Of a stretch of DNA of 33,921 bases, positions 11,402 to 23,379 are shown piece by piece. Origin of the DNA: Intoshia linei. Taxonomy: Eukaryota; Animalia; Orthonectida. The position numbers and the translations under genes were made by a program. The stretch's first letter is position 1. Each line of letters starts with the position of its first letter. The notes beneath the pieces are model-generated. The model was not told the DNA's origin and ran no database searches. It saw nothing but the letters and a program-made list of their open reading frames with translations. Location: contig LWCA01000282.1 in the NCBI GenBank assembly GCA_001642005.1, forward strand, positions 1 to 33,921, read 5' to 3'.

Positions 11402-13118
11402 ATGTCGCAAAAGATACAGGAGCACCCCAAACCTCCAAAAAGACCTTTAACGCCGTACATGAGATTCAGCAAATCTGTAATTATTTTCAGTGTCTATGTG
11501 TAATGTTGGAAATCTTTAGTACACATATTAATAATCTTTACTTTAACATGCAACACGTTTTTATTGCGATATTCATTAATGATTTTATCAGTTTATGAAT
11601 GTTTAAAGTCATTATGTAGTGGGTGATGTTTTTAATTTACAATTCAATTATTTTAATGAAATTTTTAGAGTTGGCAGTCAGTTAAAGCAGTCAATCCAAC
11701 GCTCACAGTGTGTGAAATTGGAAGCACCATAGGAAAAATGTGGCGAGCATTGACCGATGTCGAGAAAAAGGTGTACAATGATGGGTTTTTAGAAGACAAG
11801 GTTATTTTTTTAAATTTAAAAATTTGCAGTCAATTTTTTTGAATAAATTGTGGTTTTATTTTTATGAAATGTTTAGAAAACCTATGAAGGAACTCTCGCC
11901 GAGTACATGAAGACGACTGGATTGACAATTTCAGAAATTTATAAAAAGGGCCGAAAGAAGGATTCCCGAAAAACTGCAAACCAACTTGCAATTAAGGATC
12001 ATGTGCGATCTGCCTTAATGGGTGCAAAGAGTGCAAAAAATGCCAGGATGGATAATAACCAAACGCAACCCTATCAACGGATCAGTAGCAATATGAGTGA
12101 CACTCAATTACAAATAAATCCACAACTTGTTCAGAGTATGGGAGGGAGATGTGTTCAGAACCAAGAGTACATGAAATATGGACAAGGACATCAAATGAAT
12201 GGCCAATCTCAGAACCAAAACTACTCTCCATATATCGTTCAAGGATTCAATCCAAATTCTCAATATCAGAACGGTCGGCAAATGATGTATTTACCGAATG
12301 GAGTGCAGCAAAATTGGAATGAACAAATTCCTCATTTTGCCCAAATCTGGTCGAATCAATCTTCAAATAGTCAGGAAACGACCCAACAACAGTCTACGAA
12401 CCAAACTCAAAATATGGTGCCGATTAATCAAAATTACGTTGTCCAGTCAGGGTACCAACAAAATTTGGCTCAAACAACAATGAGTCAAAATCAGGTGTAC
12501 ATTCAACCTAGTAATCTCGTTCGCATGCAGAGACAGGTGCAAAATGGTCAAAATGCAGCTAATGATGGAAATTATGTTGGAGTTTCACAAAATAATGTTC
12601 CACAGAATTACAGTTCCTCTTATTATCCTACACAACCCAGACAGGCTCAATATCAAGGGATGAGTTATGCAAACCAGACTGAAGTCATTCAAAATGTAAA
12701 TATGCATAATTCAAATACACAAAATCAGCAAAGCACCCAAGTGTCGCAAAATACAATTATGCCACAAAACCCTAACTTGCGTGTCCAATCTTCACAAAAT
12801 TGGAATGATGTCAAATTGGATAACAATCCAAATGTACAACTAGAAAACCCAGTTAGACCAAACGGAAGTAAAATTGTAACAATGAATACTATGCAAGCAT
12901 TACCTGCTCGAGATTACGTGTACCCCAGTCAAACTCAAGCCTACAAACCAGCAATTTGTGAAGCTAGTAGCATTTCCAATGTCAACCAAAATCAAAACCA
13001 CCAGAATAATACAAATGTTAATCATACCTGGAATAACAAGGATGACCCAAAAGTAGATATTTATACAAATGGTAATGACCAGGTCGCTAATTCTCCCAAT
13101 GAAAATTGTCAAAATTAA
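11402..13118 (+). CDS. HMG-box protein (SMARCE1/BAF57-like HMG box) with a long Q/N-rich low-complexity tail, ~482 aa
   Basis: Exons 11402-11476, 11669-11800, 11877-13118. N-terminus PKPPKRPLTPYMRFSKSSWQSVKAVNPTLTVCEIGSTIGKMWRALTDVEKKVYNDGFLEDKKTYEGTLAEY is a complete HMG box. The remainder is the 403-aa Q/N-rich ORF. Confidence 0.88.
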
Positions 13119-13440
13119 GTCATTTTCACTCACCATCCTTCAATTTCTGGATTTTTGACTTCTTAATGGAATTACTATTGTACCTATGTACATTATTTAT
13201 ATATTTATATCATGTGAAACGAGTTTATATATTAATTAAATAGTTGTCTTTATTTTTTTCATTTTAAAATAACTATTTCTCCAAGACTAGTTCTCTTTGG
13301 TGAACTTATTGACAATCTGCAGATGTCTCTATAGATTCTGTTATTATATCTCAGATCGATCGATAATTTATTATCAAAAAAATCAATAAAAGTACATTTT
13401 CTGTTTATTTACTTGCCGTACCCAACTTTTGTATTAAACT

Positions 13441-13999
13441 ATGGTTTTTTATGCTGCACTTGAAGGAGAAGGTAGCTACCAAATTGCATTTTTATTGGGA
13501 GTGTTGGGGGCTGTTTCAGCTATGGTTTTTTGCGGTACGTTTTATTTTTTACAGTTTCATCCCATTTAGCAATTGGTGCTGCTTATGGAACAGCTAGAGC
13601 AGGTATAGGAATTTCCTCTATGGCGGTGATGCGACCGGAATTAATCATCAAATCCATTATTCCCGTCATTATGGTGGGTATGATCGGAATTTACGGATTA
13701 GTCGTTTCACTCGTAATCATGTTTTCTCTGGAAGGCACAATGTCCTATTCAGCGTATTTTTCATTTTTACTGGTTTTAAATAATTTAGAGGTTATCGATG
13801 CCTTGGTGCAGGTCTCAGTGTTGGCCTAAGCGGACTTGGTGCCGGATATGCGCTCGGTGTTATTGGAGATGCTGGCGTTCGAGGAACTGCACAACAACCT
13901 AAATTGTTTGTAGGAATGATCCTTATTCTCATTTTTGCTGAAGTCTTAGGATTGTACGGTCTTATTGTAGGATTGGTTATGACGTCATCCTCAAAATAA
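13441..13999 (+). CDS. ATP6V0C: V-type H+-ATPase 16 kDa proteolipid subunit c (162 aa)
   Basis: Exons 13441-13534, 13570-13753, 13789-13999 with two 35-nt introns. Motifs [55 protein letters not shown], with the essential TM4 Glu. Confidence 0.96.
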
Positions 14000-14107
14000 A
14001 TCCATTCAACATTATCAATATAATTTCGTATAATTTACCTGTTATTGTTTTCAATACATTACAAAATTTGAAATTTATTGCAAATTACAAGTTATAATTT
14101 ACAATTT

Positions 14108-17100
14108 TTAATAAATTCGATGCTTTTGTGGAATCTCTTCTGCCACGTCGATATATACATTTGGATTGTTTATACAGTCATCACAGTACCATTTTCCTTC
14201 AGGTGCAATTAAAAGGTTGACACAAGGAAAATGAAACCATCGGTATATGCATTTGGAGTTATCGCATTCAATCATTTGGTGTATTCCTCCGTCCTAAATT
14301 TAACGTGATTTTTTATTTTTACAAGTGATTCATTCAAAAAATTAACACTTGATTTGATATTGAAATTTTGATTTTTTAGTTTTTACTTTTAACCAAAAAT
14401 TTTAATGACAAAAAGTAATCCAAATTTCAGCGGACCAAATCGGAAGATTGTTTTAAGATAATCGAAAAAAATGATTAATGAATTATTTCATATTGTAAAA
14501 TTGGACATATAGTACCAGTACCATGTCTACCATACCAAATACCCCTTCGTAATGTTTTAAAAATGGGGCCTTGTTTTTCCAAATTGAGCATTAACCATTT
14601 ATTTACAAAACTGAGTCTTAGATATTGTCATCTTCACTGTCAACTAAATTACCATTATTTTGAAAAATAAAAAAATTTATTTATTTTTTATTGGGAAATT
14701 ATGTAAAATAAAATAAAAAGATAATTACAATTAATGATAGTGGAACTTTGAAAAAATAATACATGTAGATACATTTTTTTCCAGTTGGTTTAATACAGGG
14801 ATCGGCAACCTTTTCCATCTCATGGGCACTTTTTTATATCAAAAAATTATATGGGCCTAGTATAAGTTTTTGAAAATATACACATATATTTCAATTTTAA
14901 CTGACGAGAAACGGTTCAACCATATTAAATCCGGGACAATCTGAAAATTCAGTATTAAAATGATTATAATGTGCCAATTATAGTAGATAATGTTTAAAAC
15001 GGTATTACAAGGTTGAAAAATAAATAATTTACACATTTACTTAAAGTGGCAAAAAATTATTCTGTGGGCAAATGATTGCCGAACCCTGATCTAATACATC
15101 AATTATATATAAAAAATTTCAACCTCATATGTAATAATGTCATAATGCCTCATTTAAAGTTTTTTGTTTCATCATCAGTTTAAGTAAGTATTAAAGCGTT
15201 TATAACTTGTTTATCGATACTCTTTCTATTTAAGAACTTTATTTTGTTTTGTTTGTCATATTGAGTTTTTATGGGATACTCCGCAATTTTGTAAAACTGG
15301 ATTTTTAGTAAAAATGGTTGGATTTAAGTATACACCCTTAAAATATCAACTGTTCATGACCCTAAGACTTAATAAAAATATTACCTTGCAATAGCAATAC
15401 GGATCTCGGGGTGTAGTCTAAAATTAAAAATAAGGAAAAACAAAAAAATTGTATTACTGATTTGCTTTTTCGTTTATTTTCTTCGGTTTTAAATATAATT
15501 TCTTCTTCGCCTTCGTTATTATTTAGGTGTTGATTATTAATAGCAATTCGCTCTTGACTAATTAAACACGATTCCATAAGTTGTTTTACATTACATGTGT
15601 TATTTGCAAATTTATAAGCTAAAAAATGCTATTATAATCATTATAATAAATCCTAAATTCTCTTTCATTTTTTATTATAAGTAAATTAGTGCATATTTTT
15701 TCTCAAAGGGTCCACCGCTAAAAATGTATTATTTCAAGAATTAAATTAATATCATTAAGAAGAAAACACCACTAAACCAAAATTTACCAACCCTTAAGGC
15801 AGTGGTTCTTAACCTTTTTTGACATATGCACCCCAAATATTGATCTTAATGACTGTGCATCCCTGATTAAAAATCAATTAATACAATATTAATTATAAAT
15901 GAAGTGTTAACTAGTTACTTAGATTAAACGGATAAAATTTAAGAATTAAAGCTGTTTTGGTCATAAAAATGGTCGTGGAGAGCCAGCAGTAGGCCCGGGC
16001 TCGATAAAAAGTATACAAAGGACCTCTATAAATTAATTAATCAAACGTTCATTATCTAAAAATTAAAAATAACCATTGGAAATCGCATTGATTATCGAAT
16101 TTATGATATACTTAAGAAATTTTTCATCAATACCTATTAATAAATTTAAAAAGTAGTCCCTCATGATTGTAGTCACGAGACATATAACCCTCTCCACGAC
16201 CCTGTTTGTACTTACTTTCAACCTTTATAAAAATAAAAACGTGTCAACTATCATATCCACTAAAAGCTTTGTAAGTTCTACTGCAATATCCAGTAGATAA
16301 ATTACTTTCAATCAAAAAATATCGGAAAATGTAGTAGCCCTGGTCATACCACCAAATTCATTAATCAAAAATGGACTATTCAAATATAATGTTTAAGACT
16401 CAGATTATAGACGAATTAAGTAGTAGCGGAAAACTTTTACATAACAATTAAACAAATTTATTTACATAAATTTTAATGGGATCGTTATTGTTGCTTTGAA
16501 ATGAGAAGTAAGCTAAATCTTCGCATTTTTTTGATAGGCTCACTCGTATACCGGCACGGACATCTGATTTATTCCTTTTTCTTTTTTTTAAATTTGTTAG
16601 AATAAAAATTCCAGCCTCACAAAACTATGTTGTAACAAAAGTAATAATTACTTCAAGGGCAATTTCAGTCACAAATGGATAGATATTAAGTATACTACAC
16701 CAAAAACCACCAAATATTACATTTAGAGCTATCATAGTCATATAAAATATATTTCCCAAAGGGCTACTAGAAAAATCAAAGGACTATGTAAAAATTTTTC
16801 TATTTGGGGGCCAATGTAAATTCTAGGGCCCATAAAAAATTTTATATATATTCTAATGTATTAATATATAATTTATCTCGAAATCATCAATTCTCTTGTA
16901 GTTTTATTTAATGACTCACAAAACAGATATTCCTCTTTAATAAATAATAAATGAATATAAATAAATGATAAATTGTCAATTGTTCCACCTATATCGAAAC
17001 GTCTTTTTTTTCGAGCGATAACAACAACACTGTCAATGAGGTTTGAGTGTTTTATATTCTTATGATTACGTAGGTTTGGCTTCATGCTATTATTGCATAA

Positions 17101-18279
17101 ACGCCGCAAAGTAAATGCACTGAGGTTTTTCGGTTTCATCTGCATCATTACGACAGGTAAAACCAAATTCTACGTAATTGTTATTTCATTGTCTTCTTTT
17201 AGACATCCTTATAAAATGTTAAAAACTCTGATAATTTATATATTAAAAGTTGAAAATACAAAATTAATTTGATTATTAAATGATTGTGAACAAATTCAAT
17301 GAGCGTTAATTATTAACTTAACTTAATAAGTATTAACAAGATGAAATTATGTCTTATATCTAATCTTTTTGTTGATAATAAAAATATTAATTATGTAATT
17401 TCACTCATTTAGAAAAAAAATTGAAAATAGCTCTGTGCACCCAAAAATTGATTATGCACCCCGGTTAAGAACCACTGCCTTAAGGGAAAACTAGATTTTA
17501 CCAAATCTAACATAAAAAACCTCTTAATCCAACTCTACACTAAGAATATCTGCTACAAATCAATATAAAAATCTACCTGGACGAACTTGAGATTGATCCA
17601 ATTTGTTTTGTGAATCTTGAACTTTATCAATCATGGAAAATAAAACATTTAATTTTCTATCTCCAATTTCGTGAGTTTTAAGTAAACAATTATTCAAGCG
17701 GTCTAAAATCATTTCAAGTTTTTCATCCTTCGTTTTGGGAGAGTCATTAATCATGTCAACATCATGTGTACCTTCAATCTCATTATCATTATTTTTAAAA
17801 TTATCTTTATTAGTTTCTGAAATTTCATTCATTATTTTTTCTATCGAGTCAACATCATACATGTTTATTTCAATTTCTAAAATTGAATTTATATTTAAAG
17901 GAAATAAATTAAATCTAAATGGTAAGAGTTTTCCAGCCTGAGGGGTAGAAATTATCAATGTAGATAATTCTATCAAAAAGATTAATAATGATGTATTTTC
18001 AATGCTTTCAATTTTGATGAAAAATTGTGAAATAAATAATTATATAATTACTTTACTAAAATGGTATAATTGACAATCATTAAAAGATATCAAATTGGAA
18101 AAAAACATTTTTAATACATTTTTTATTATAATTACAAAGTTACCTTTGGAATCCATATTTAACTGATTTATTTGGTTAATATCTTTTCCAAGAGAATTTG
18201 GAAGATTTTCCATTGCATCGACATAATTTTCCAGGTACTTTGTACAGTTATCCATCTCTAAAACAGCCTTATTTATCAT
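14108..18279 (-). CDS. Inhibitor of growth (ING) family PHD-finger protein, ~271 aa
   Basis: Exons (minus) 18279-18144, 17876-17577, 15618-15458, 15417-15385, 14293-14108. ING N-terminus YLENYVDAMENLP and helix LLKTHEIGDRKLNVLFSMIDKV. PHD finger YCYCK...MIECDNSKC..RWFHFPCV...PEGKWYCDDC. The subfamily is not resolved. Confidence 0.9.
14796..15088. mobile_element. ~290 bp hAT-type MITE, family M copy 1
   Basis: TIRs CAGGGATCGGCAAC / GATTGCCGAACCCTG. Degenerate TSD GTTTAATA / ATCTAATA (6/8). Internal sequence shared with 21492-21783 and 33034-33318. Confidence 0.8.
15800..17477 (-). mobile_element. Internally deleted hAT (Buster-type) transposon, 1678 bp, with N- and C-terminal transposase remnants
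   Basis: Perfect 15-bp TIRs CAGTGGTTCTTAACC / GGTTAAGAACCACTG and perfect TSD CCTTAAGG (15792-15799, 17478-17485). Minus remnant 17206-~16980 reads MSKRRQ*NNNYVEFGFTC...EKPQC...NNSMKPNLRNH...KRRFDIGGTI (BED-finger-like). Remnant ~16715-16473 reads FWCSILNIYPFVTEIALEVIITFVTT*FCEAG...KRNKSDVRAGIRVSLSK...SKQQ*RSH*. Confidence 0.9.
15968..16204. mobile_element. Small inverted-repeat element nested within the 15800-17477 hAT element
   Basis: 12-bp perfect inverted repeat GGTCGTGGAGAG (15971-15982) / CTCTCCACGACC (16190-16201). The right end finishes in CCTG like hAT ends. No TSD recognisable. Confidence 0.5.
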
Positions 18280-19043
18280 GTCGTAGGGAATATCTTGGTT
18301 CTCTAAAATTTATCTAAAATTGACAAGTTAAAACGTACCCATAATTTAAAATTTTAAAAAATAAATCTTAACTGACATACTAATTAATGCACCATTTAAC
18401 GTGCTCTACAAAGTCAAAATAAAATTTTAATTAGACCAATTTCATTCAAAATTTACAAATCAATCAACAAATTAACATGAACCATTTTTTCCTAGTTTTA
18501 TTAAAATTTTTATGCATGTAATTTAAATAATTATAAATACAACAATTGTAATTAATTAAAATACAAAACCGTTAAATTTCAATTTACTTAAATTAAAATA
18601 CTTAGATTATAATACTAATCAATTTACTTGATTAAAATTGTATAATTACCTGATATTGGTTACGATAAAACTTTAAAATATAAAATATTTTAAATCGACC
18701 TTCTTCTAAATTTAATCCAGGATTTTACAAGTTTAGATGGAGTATATTCACAATAATATATTGTTATAAATTAAAATTATTCTATTAACGCAAGTCCAAT
18801 ATTATTCAATTTACAATTCAAGTTTGTATAATTTTAAAAATTGTTAAAATCTATGAGTTCAATAAAAATCAACAAATTGTAAAAATTTATAAAAAATAAA
18901 TTAAAGATACGTTTATTAGATTTACATTTTAAACCTGGTAACTTTATTCATATTATATTCTCAATTTCTGAACCCAACGTGTTTTTTAAACTTACATTAT
19001 TACAAATTAAAAATCAAATTTTAATATCATAATTGTTGCATTT

Positions 19044-22000
19044 ATGACTGATTTACAAAATAATCAAAATGAGGTGCAATTTACTCAAATTTAGATATTT
19101 TAAATTATATGTATGGATTGTTTTGATTTATGTTTATCATTGTGTATTTGTAGAATAAATCCAACATTTCTAAAATGACTAGCCTTAATAAAGAAACAAA
19201 CGTATCCACGAATTGTTTAAAAACTCCAAAAGTATATTTTTATTTTTTTCAATATATATACTAGGCTGTTTATAGTAGAATACATGACTTTTTTATAGGG
19301 TATGCGAGATTTTGGACCGGCAGAATCTTTAATCAGAAAAAATGTTATGAAAAAAATTATTACTTGTTTTGAACGCCACGGAGCAACTACAATTGAAACG
19401 CCTGTTGTGGAATTGATGGTAATTCATTGTTTACAGTTTTATTTTTTCTGAAATTAAGGTACATGTATTTATGTAAATTTTTAGGATTCTACTGTTTTTA
19501 CTTTATTTTTAAGATTATACACACATTCTCTCTAATAAATTAAAAAAATGGCATCATAAAATTGTTTTTAAATTTTTTTACATAAATGTTACATCCAAAT
19601 TTAACATAATTTTATATTATACTTTAATAATTTGCTGATAATACAAATTCAAGTAATTTGTCTATTAGGGAACACTAACTGAAAAATATGGTGAAGATTC
19701 AAAATTAATTTACGAATTAAAAGACCAAGGAGGAGAAATGTTGGCTTTACGATACGATTTGACTGTAATTTTTTAATATTCACACAAAAATGTTTTTTTC
19801 TAAATATTTTCTCTTTAAATAAGTCAAAATGTTTTTACTAAAGTTAATGCAATTTTTTCAGGTTCCAATGGGATAATAGGTACGGCAGGTGCTGACATCA
19901 GCTGCATAGTATTTTTGAAAAATTAAATTTTTCATAACCACTAGCGTACCTTGGAAGGTAACCACATTCCACTGTGATGACTCATCACTGATGAGTCTGA
20001 CTGATTAAATGGCGAACATTTAGTTGAGCGATGTATTTTTGGAGCGATACATCTTGCATCGACATATTCATCGATTTTACTAATTTATCATATTGATTTT
20101 TTGTCACCCAATTTTTAAAAATTTTGAAGATTATTTTGGTTCCAACATTTGGTAGGGATTTTAAGGGAACATTTTTTAAATATTTTGAATATAATTTTTC
20201 GACCAAAATTTTGTAGGGTTTTTAAGGGAATATTTTTAACATTTTAAGGGATCTTCAAAATTTTTACAAATTGGGTGAAAAAATTTTACCTAAAGAAATT
20301 CACAAAAATTTCGTGAAAAAATCAATGTTATAATAAATTAGCAAAATCGATGATTATGTCGCTGTAAGTCAGTGGTTCTCAATTATGTTTCTCAACCTTT
20401 TATACCTCGCGAACGTTATGAAAAATATCAATTATCGCGACCTTTTCTCTTTATGAACAAAATAAATGTTTTTGTATATCTTAACCCTTTCACTGTCTGT
20501 GTATTCTATACTATACACCAGCCATTCTCAACGGGGTCCATGAAAATTATATACATTTATTACATATTATAGACATTTTCAGTAACATAAAGTCGTTTTT
20601 AAAACATAAAGGCTCAGAAATACTAATATAAAACGTGAAAATCATGTAAAAGTAAATTCTTTGGTATTAAATTAAATTACTTACAAATGTAAAAATTTCA
20701 TTCAAATGAATATGCCTCACAAAAAATAAAACTAAGCAATCAAATAGTTTATAAAAATTTGCGACCCCCCTAACGGTCATGACCCCGGTTAAGAAACTAT
20801 ACTCTAAGATGTATCGCTACAACAATACATGGCTTAAATAAATGTCGCCTTAGAGAATGAACGTCGATTAAATTGTCTAACCTTGTAAATTTACTAAAAG
20901 TATTTCAATTATAATATAGGTGCCTTTTGCTCGATTTGTAGCTACATCTAAAATTCAATTTATAAAACGATATCAAATTGGTAGAGTTTACCGAAGAGAC
21001 AATCCTGCTATGGCTCGAGGTCGATTTCGAGAGTTTTATCAATGTGTAAATTTAATTTACGTTAATTTCAATTGATAAATTACATATTTTTTTAAAGGTG
21101 AGGGGAAATGGTAGTTTTCGGTAATTTGGTAGAAATTCGTTAAATAAGATGAAATTGTTGATATATTATTATATATTTTATTATACAGGTTATTCATTAT
21201 TTTAATAGGATTTTGATATTGCTGGTATTTACAATACAATGTTGCCGGACGCTGAATGTTTACGAATCATTCATGAAGTTATGAGTGATTTAAATCTGAC
21301 CTATAAAATTAAGGTTTTTTAAAGACTTTTTTTGAAATTAAAAACTACTGATTCATCAAATTTAGATTAATCATAGATATATATTGGATAAAATAATGGA
21401 ATTTTGTGGAGTTCCAGAGTCAATGTTTAGAACTACTTGCTCATCTATTGATAAATTGGATAAGGTTTTTTAACAGTACATTATATTATATCAGGGGCCC
21501 ACAGAATAATTTTGGTGACCATTTGAGTAAATATGTACATTATTTATTTTTACATTTTTCAAATTTTATACATTGTTTTAAATATTTTCTACTATAATTG
21601 GCTAATTATAATCATTTCAATACTGAATTTTCAGATTTCCCATGATTTTATTTTGTTGAATGTGCTAGAACCGTTTCTCTCATTAAAATTGAAATTTGTC
21701 ATGTGAAAATTTTCAAAAACGGGTCGTATAATGTTTTGATATATAAAAGTCGTCCACGAAATGCAAAAAGTTGCCGAATTCTCTATTATATACTAGCTGA
21801 TCTGTTTTGTAATTTATTATATCTAGGCGTTTATTTTTGAAATTTGAAATTGTTTAGGTAAGCTAACTGGGAAAAACTGCATTTGCCATGTTTTGTTTGT
21901 TTTTTAATTTTAGTCTTTGGGGTAGACCTAAAAAATGGTTACTGGGGTTACTGACCGTGGATATACAAATTTCTGAGATTGAAATTTAATTTTCTTGCTG

Positions 22001-23349
22001 CACCGAAAAAAATTGACTTGGAATTCTGGGACTGTCAGGTTTCTAATTAAATGGTTACATAGACACGTTAAGCTACTTTTATATTTTATAAAGTACGAAT
22101 TTAGATGACATGGGACGAAGTTTATAATGAAATGGTGAATGAAAAAAAATTAAATAGCGACGTTGCAGAAAAAATTAAGAATTTTGTCTACAAAAATGGT
22201 AAATTATTGTATTACTACTAAATAAGGTATTTGAAATTCTATTATAAATTAGGCAAAGAAGATGTGATTTTTTGGCTTGAAAATATATTTAAAGATTATA
22301 AGGATACAAAATTAATTAGTACTTTCAATGATATGAAAAGTTTGATACAAATATGTAAAGATTTTTCTATGGACCATTGTGTAATATTTTGTTTAAAAGT
22401 TTAGTTGTAAATTAATAAATTAGATTAGTATCGACTTGAGCCTTGCAAGGGGATTGGATTATTATACTGGAGTTATTTTTGAAGCTGTGTTAGTTGGTAT
22501 GAATTCGTATTTACAATTTTAAATTTTAATTTTTAAAAATTTTATTATTATTTTTGCAGATACAAATGGAATTGGTAGTATTGCTGGTGGTGGTAGATAC
22601 GATAATTTGGTTGGAATGTTTACCAAGAAAAATAAGAGTGTTCCATGTGTTGGAATGTCTTTGGGAATTGAAAGAATTTTTAGTGTTTTGCATAAAAATA
22701 TGAAAAAAGAAAAAAAACTTCGTCAATGCACCACTGAGGTATGTGTGGTTAGTGGACAATCCAACATGTTTTCCAATAGAGTCAAAATTGTATCTAAACT
22801 ATGGGATAATGGAATTAATGTAAATTTTATTAAGTTTTGATTTTATCTTTTTGTTATTTTAATTTATTCAAATAGGCTGAAACACCATATAAAAGAAATA
22901 AAAAATTACTTGATGCGTTTCAATATTGTGAAAATGAACAAATTCCTTTATGTGGTATTTGATTTAATTAATCCGTCAAATGTGTAATGAAATGTTTTTG
23001 GGTGTATTTTTTTATAAACTGTTACACTTTTCAAAAATTGTTTTTGAGTTCATTTTTTTAAGTTTCTTTGACAAAATGTCTACCTACCGAATACTATTTT
23101 TGCGTTATTTTGGTCTGCATTTTGTGGACAAGATACATATTTATAACGTATTATTATTTATTTTTAGTGGTGGTGGGCGAAATGGAATGGAACGAAAACA
23201 GTGTTGTTATCAGAAATCAGTTCACGAGGGAACAGGTAACATTAATATATGAAATCATTAACTAGTCATTAAAATTATTTTAGTTGACGGTCAAAATTGA
23301 TGATATGATTGATACTTTAAAAAATTTGTTAAATAAACCAAATGTGTAA
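19044..23349 (+). CDS. HARS: Histidyl-tRNA synthetase (class II), ~473 aa
   Basis: Exons 19044-19073 (tentative), 19154-19231, 19299-19418, 19669-19764, 20920-21045, 21209-21313, 21366-21464, 22105-22198, 22253-22380, 22424-22496, 22560-22819, 22876-22954, 23168-23235, 23284-23349. Motifs [79 protein letters not shown], plus the anticodon-binding domain. Confidence 0.96.
20011..20849. mobile_element. Foldback-type element with ~120-bp inverted arms; the right arm is interrupted by a hAT MITE
   Basis: 20011-20131 is the reverse complement of 20251-20368 plus 20809-20849 once 20370-20801 is removed (the right arm also has a short extra insert). The centre carries short direct repeats (TAGGG.TTTTAAGGGAA.ATTTTT). 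Confidence 0.75.
20370..20801. mobile_element. hAT-type MITE (~430 bp)
   Basis: Ends CAGTGGTTCTCAA / GGTTAAGAAACTATA, similar to the TIRs of 15800-17477. Degenerate TSD CTGTAAGT / CTCTAAGA (6/8). Confidence 0.75.
21492..21783. mobile_element. hAT-type MITE, family M copy 2 (opposite orientation to copy 1)
   Basis: Perfect TSD TATTATAT (21484-21491, 21784-21791). Internal sequence is the reverse complement of 14880-15070. One TIR is partly deleted. Confidence 0.8.
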
Positions 23350-23379
23350 ATTCATAAATACATTTTAATTTTTTTACAT

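Noticed and set aside
14899-14920. CTGACGA-GAAAC (and CTGAAGA-GAAAC near 33107) as a hammerhead core in MITE family M
   Set aside because: No stem II between the core strands, and the copy at 21492-21783 does not preserve the motif.
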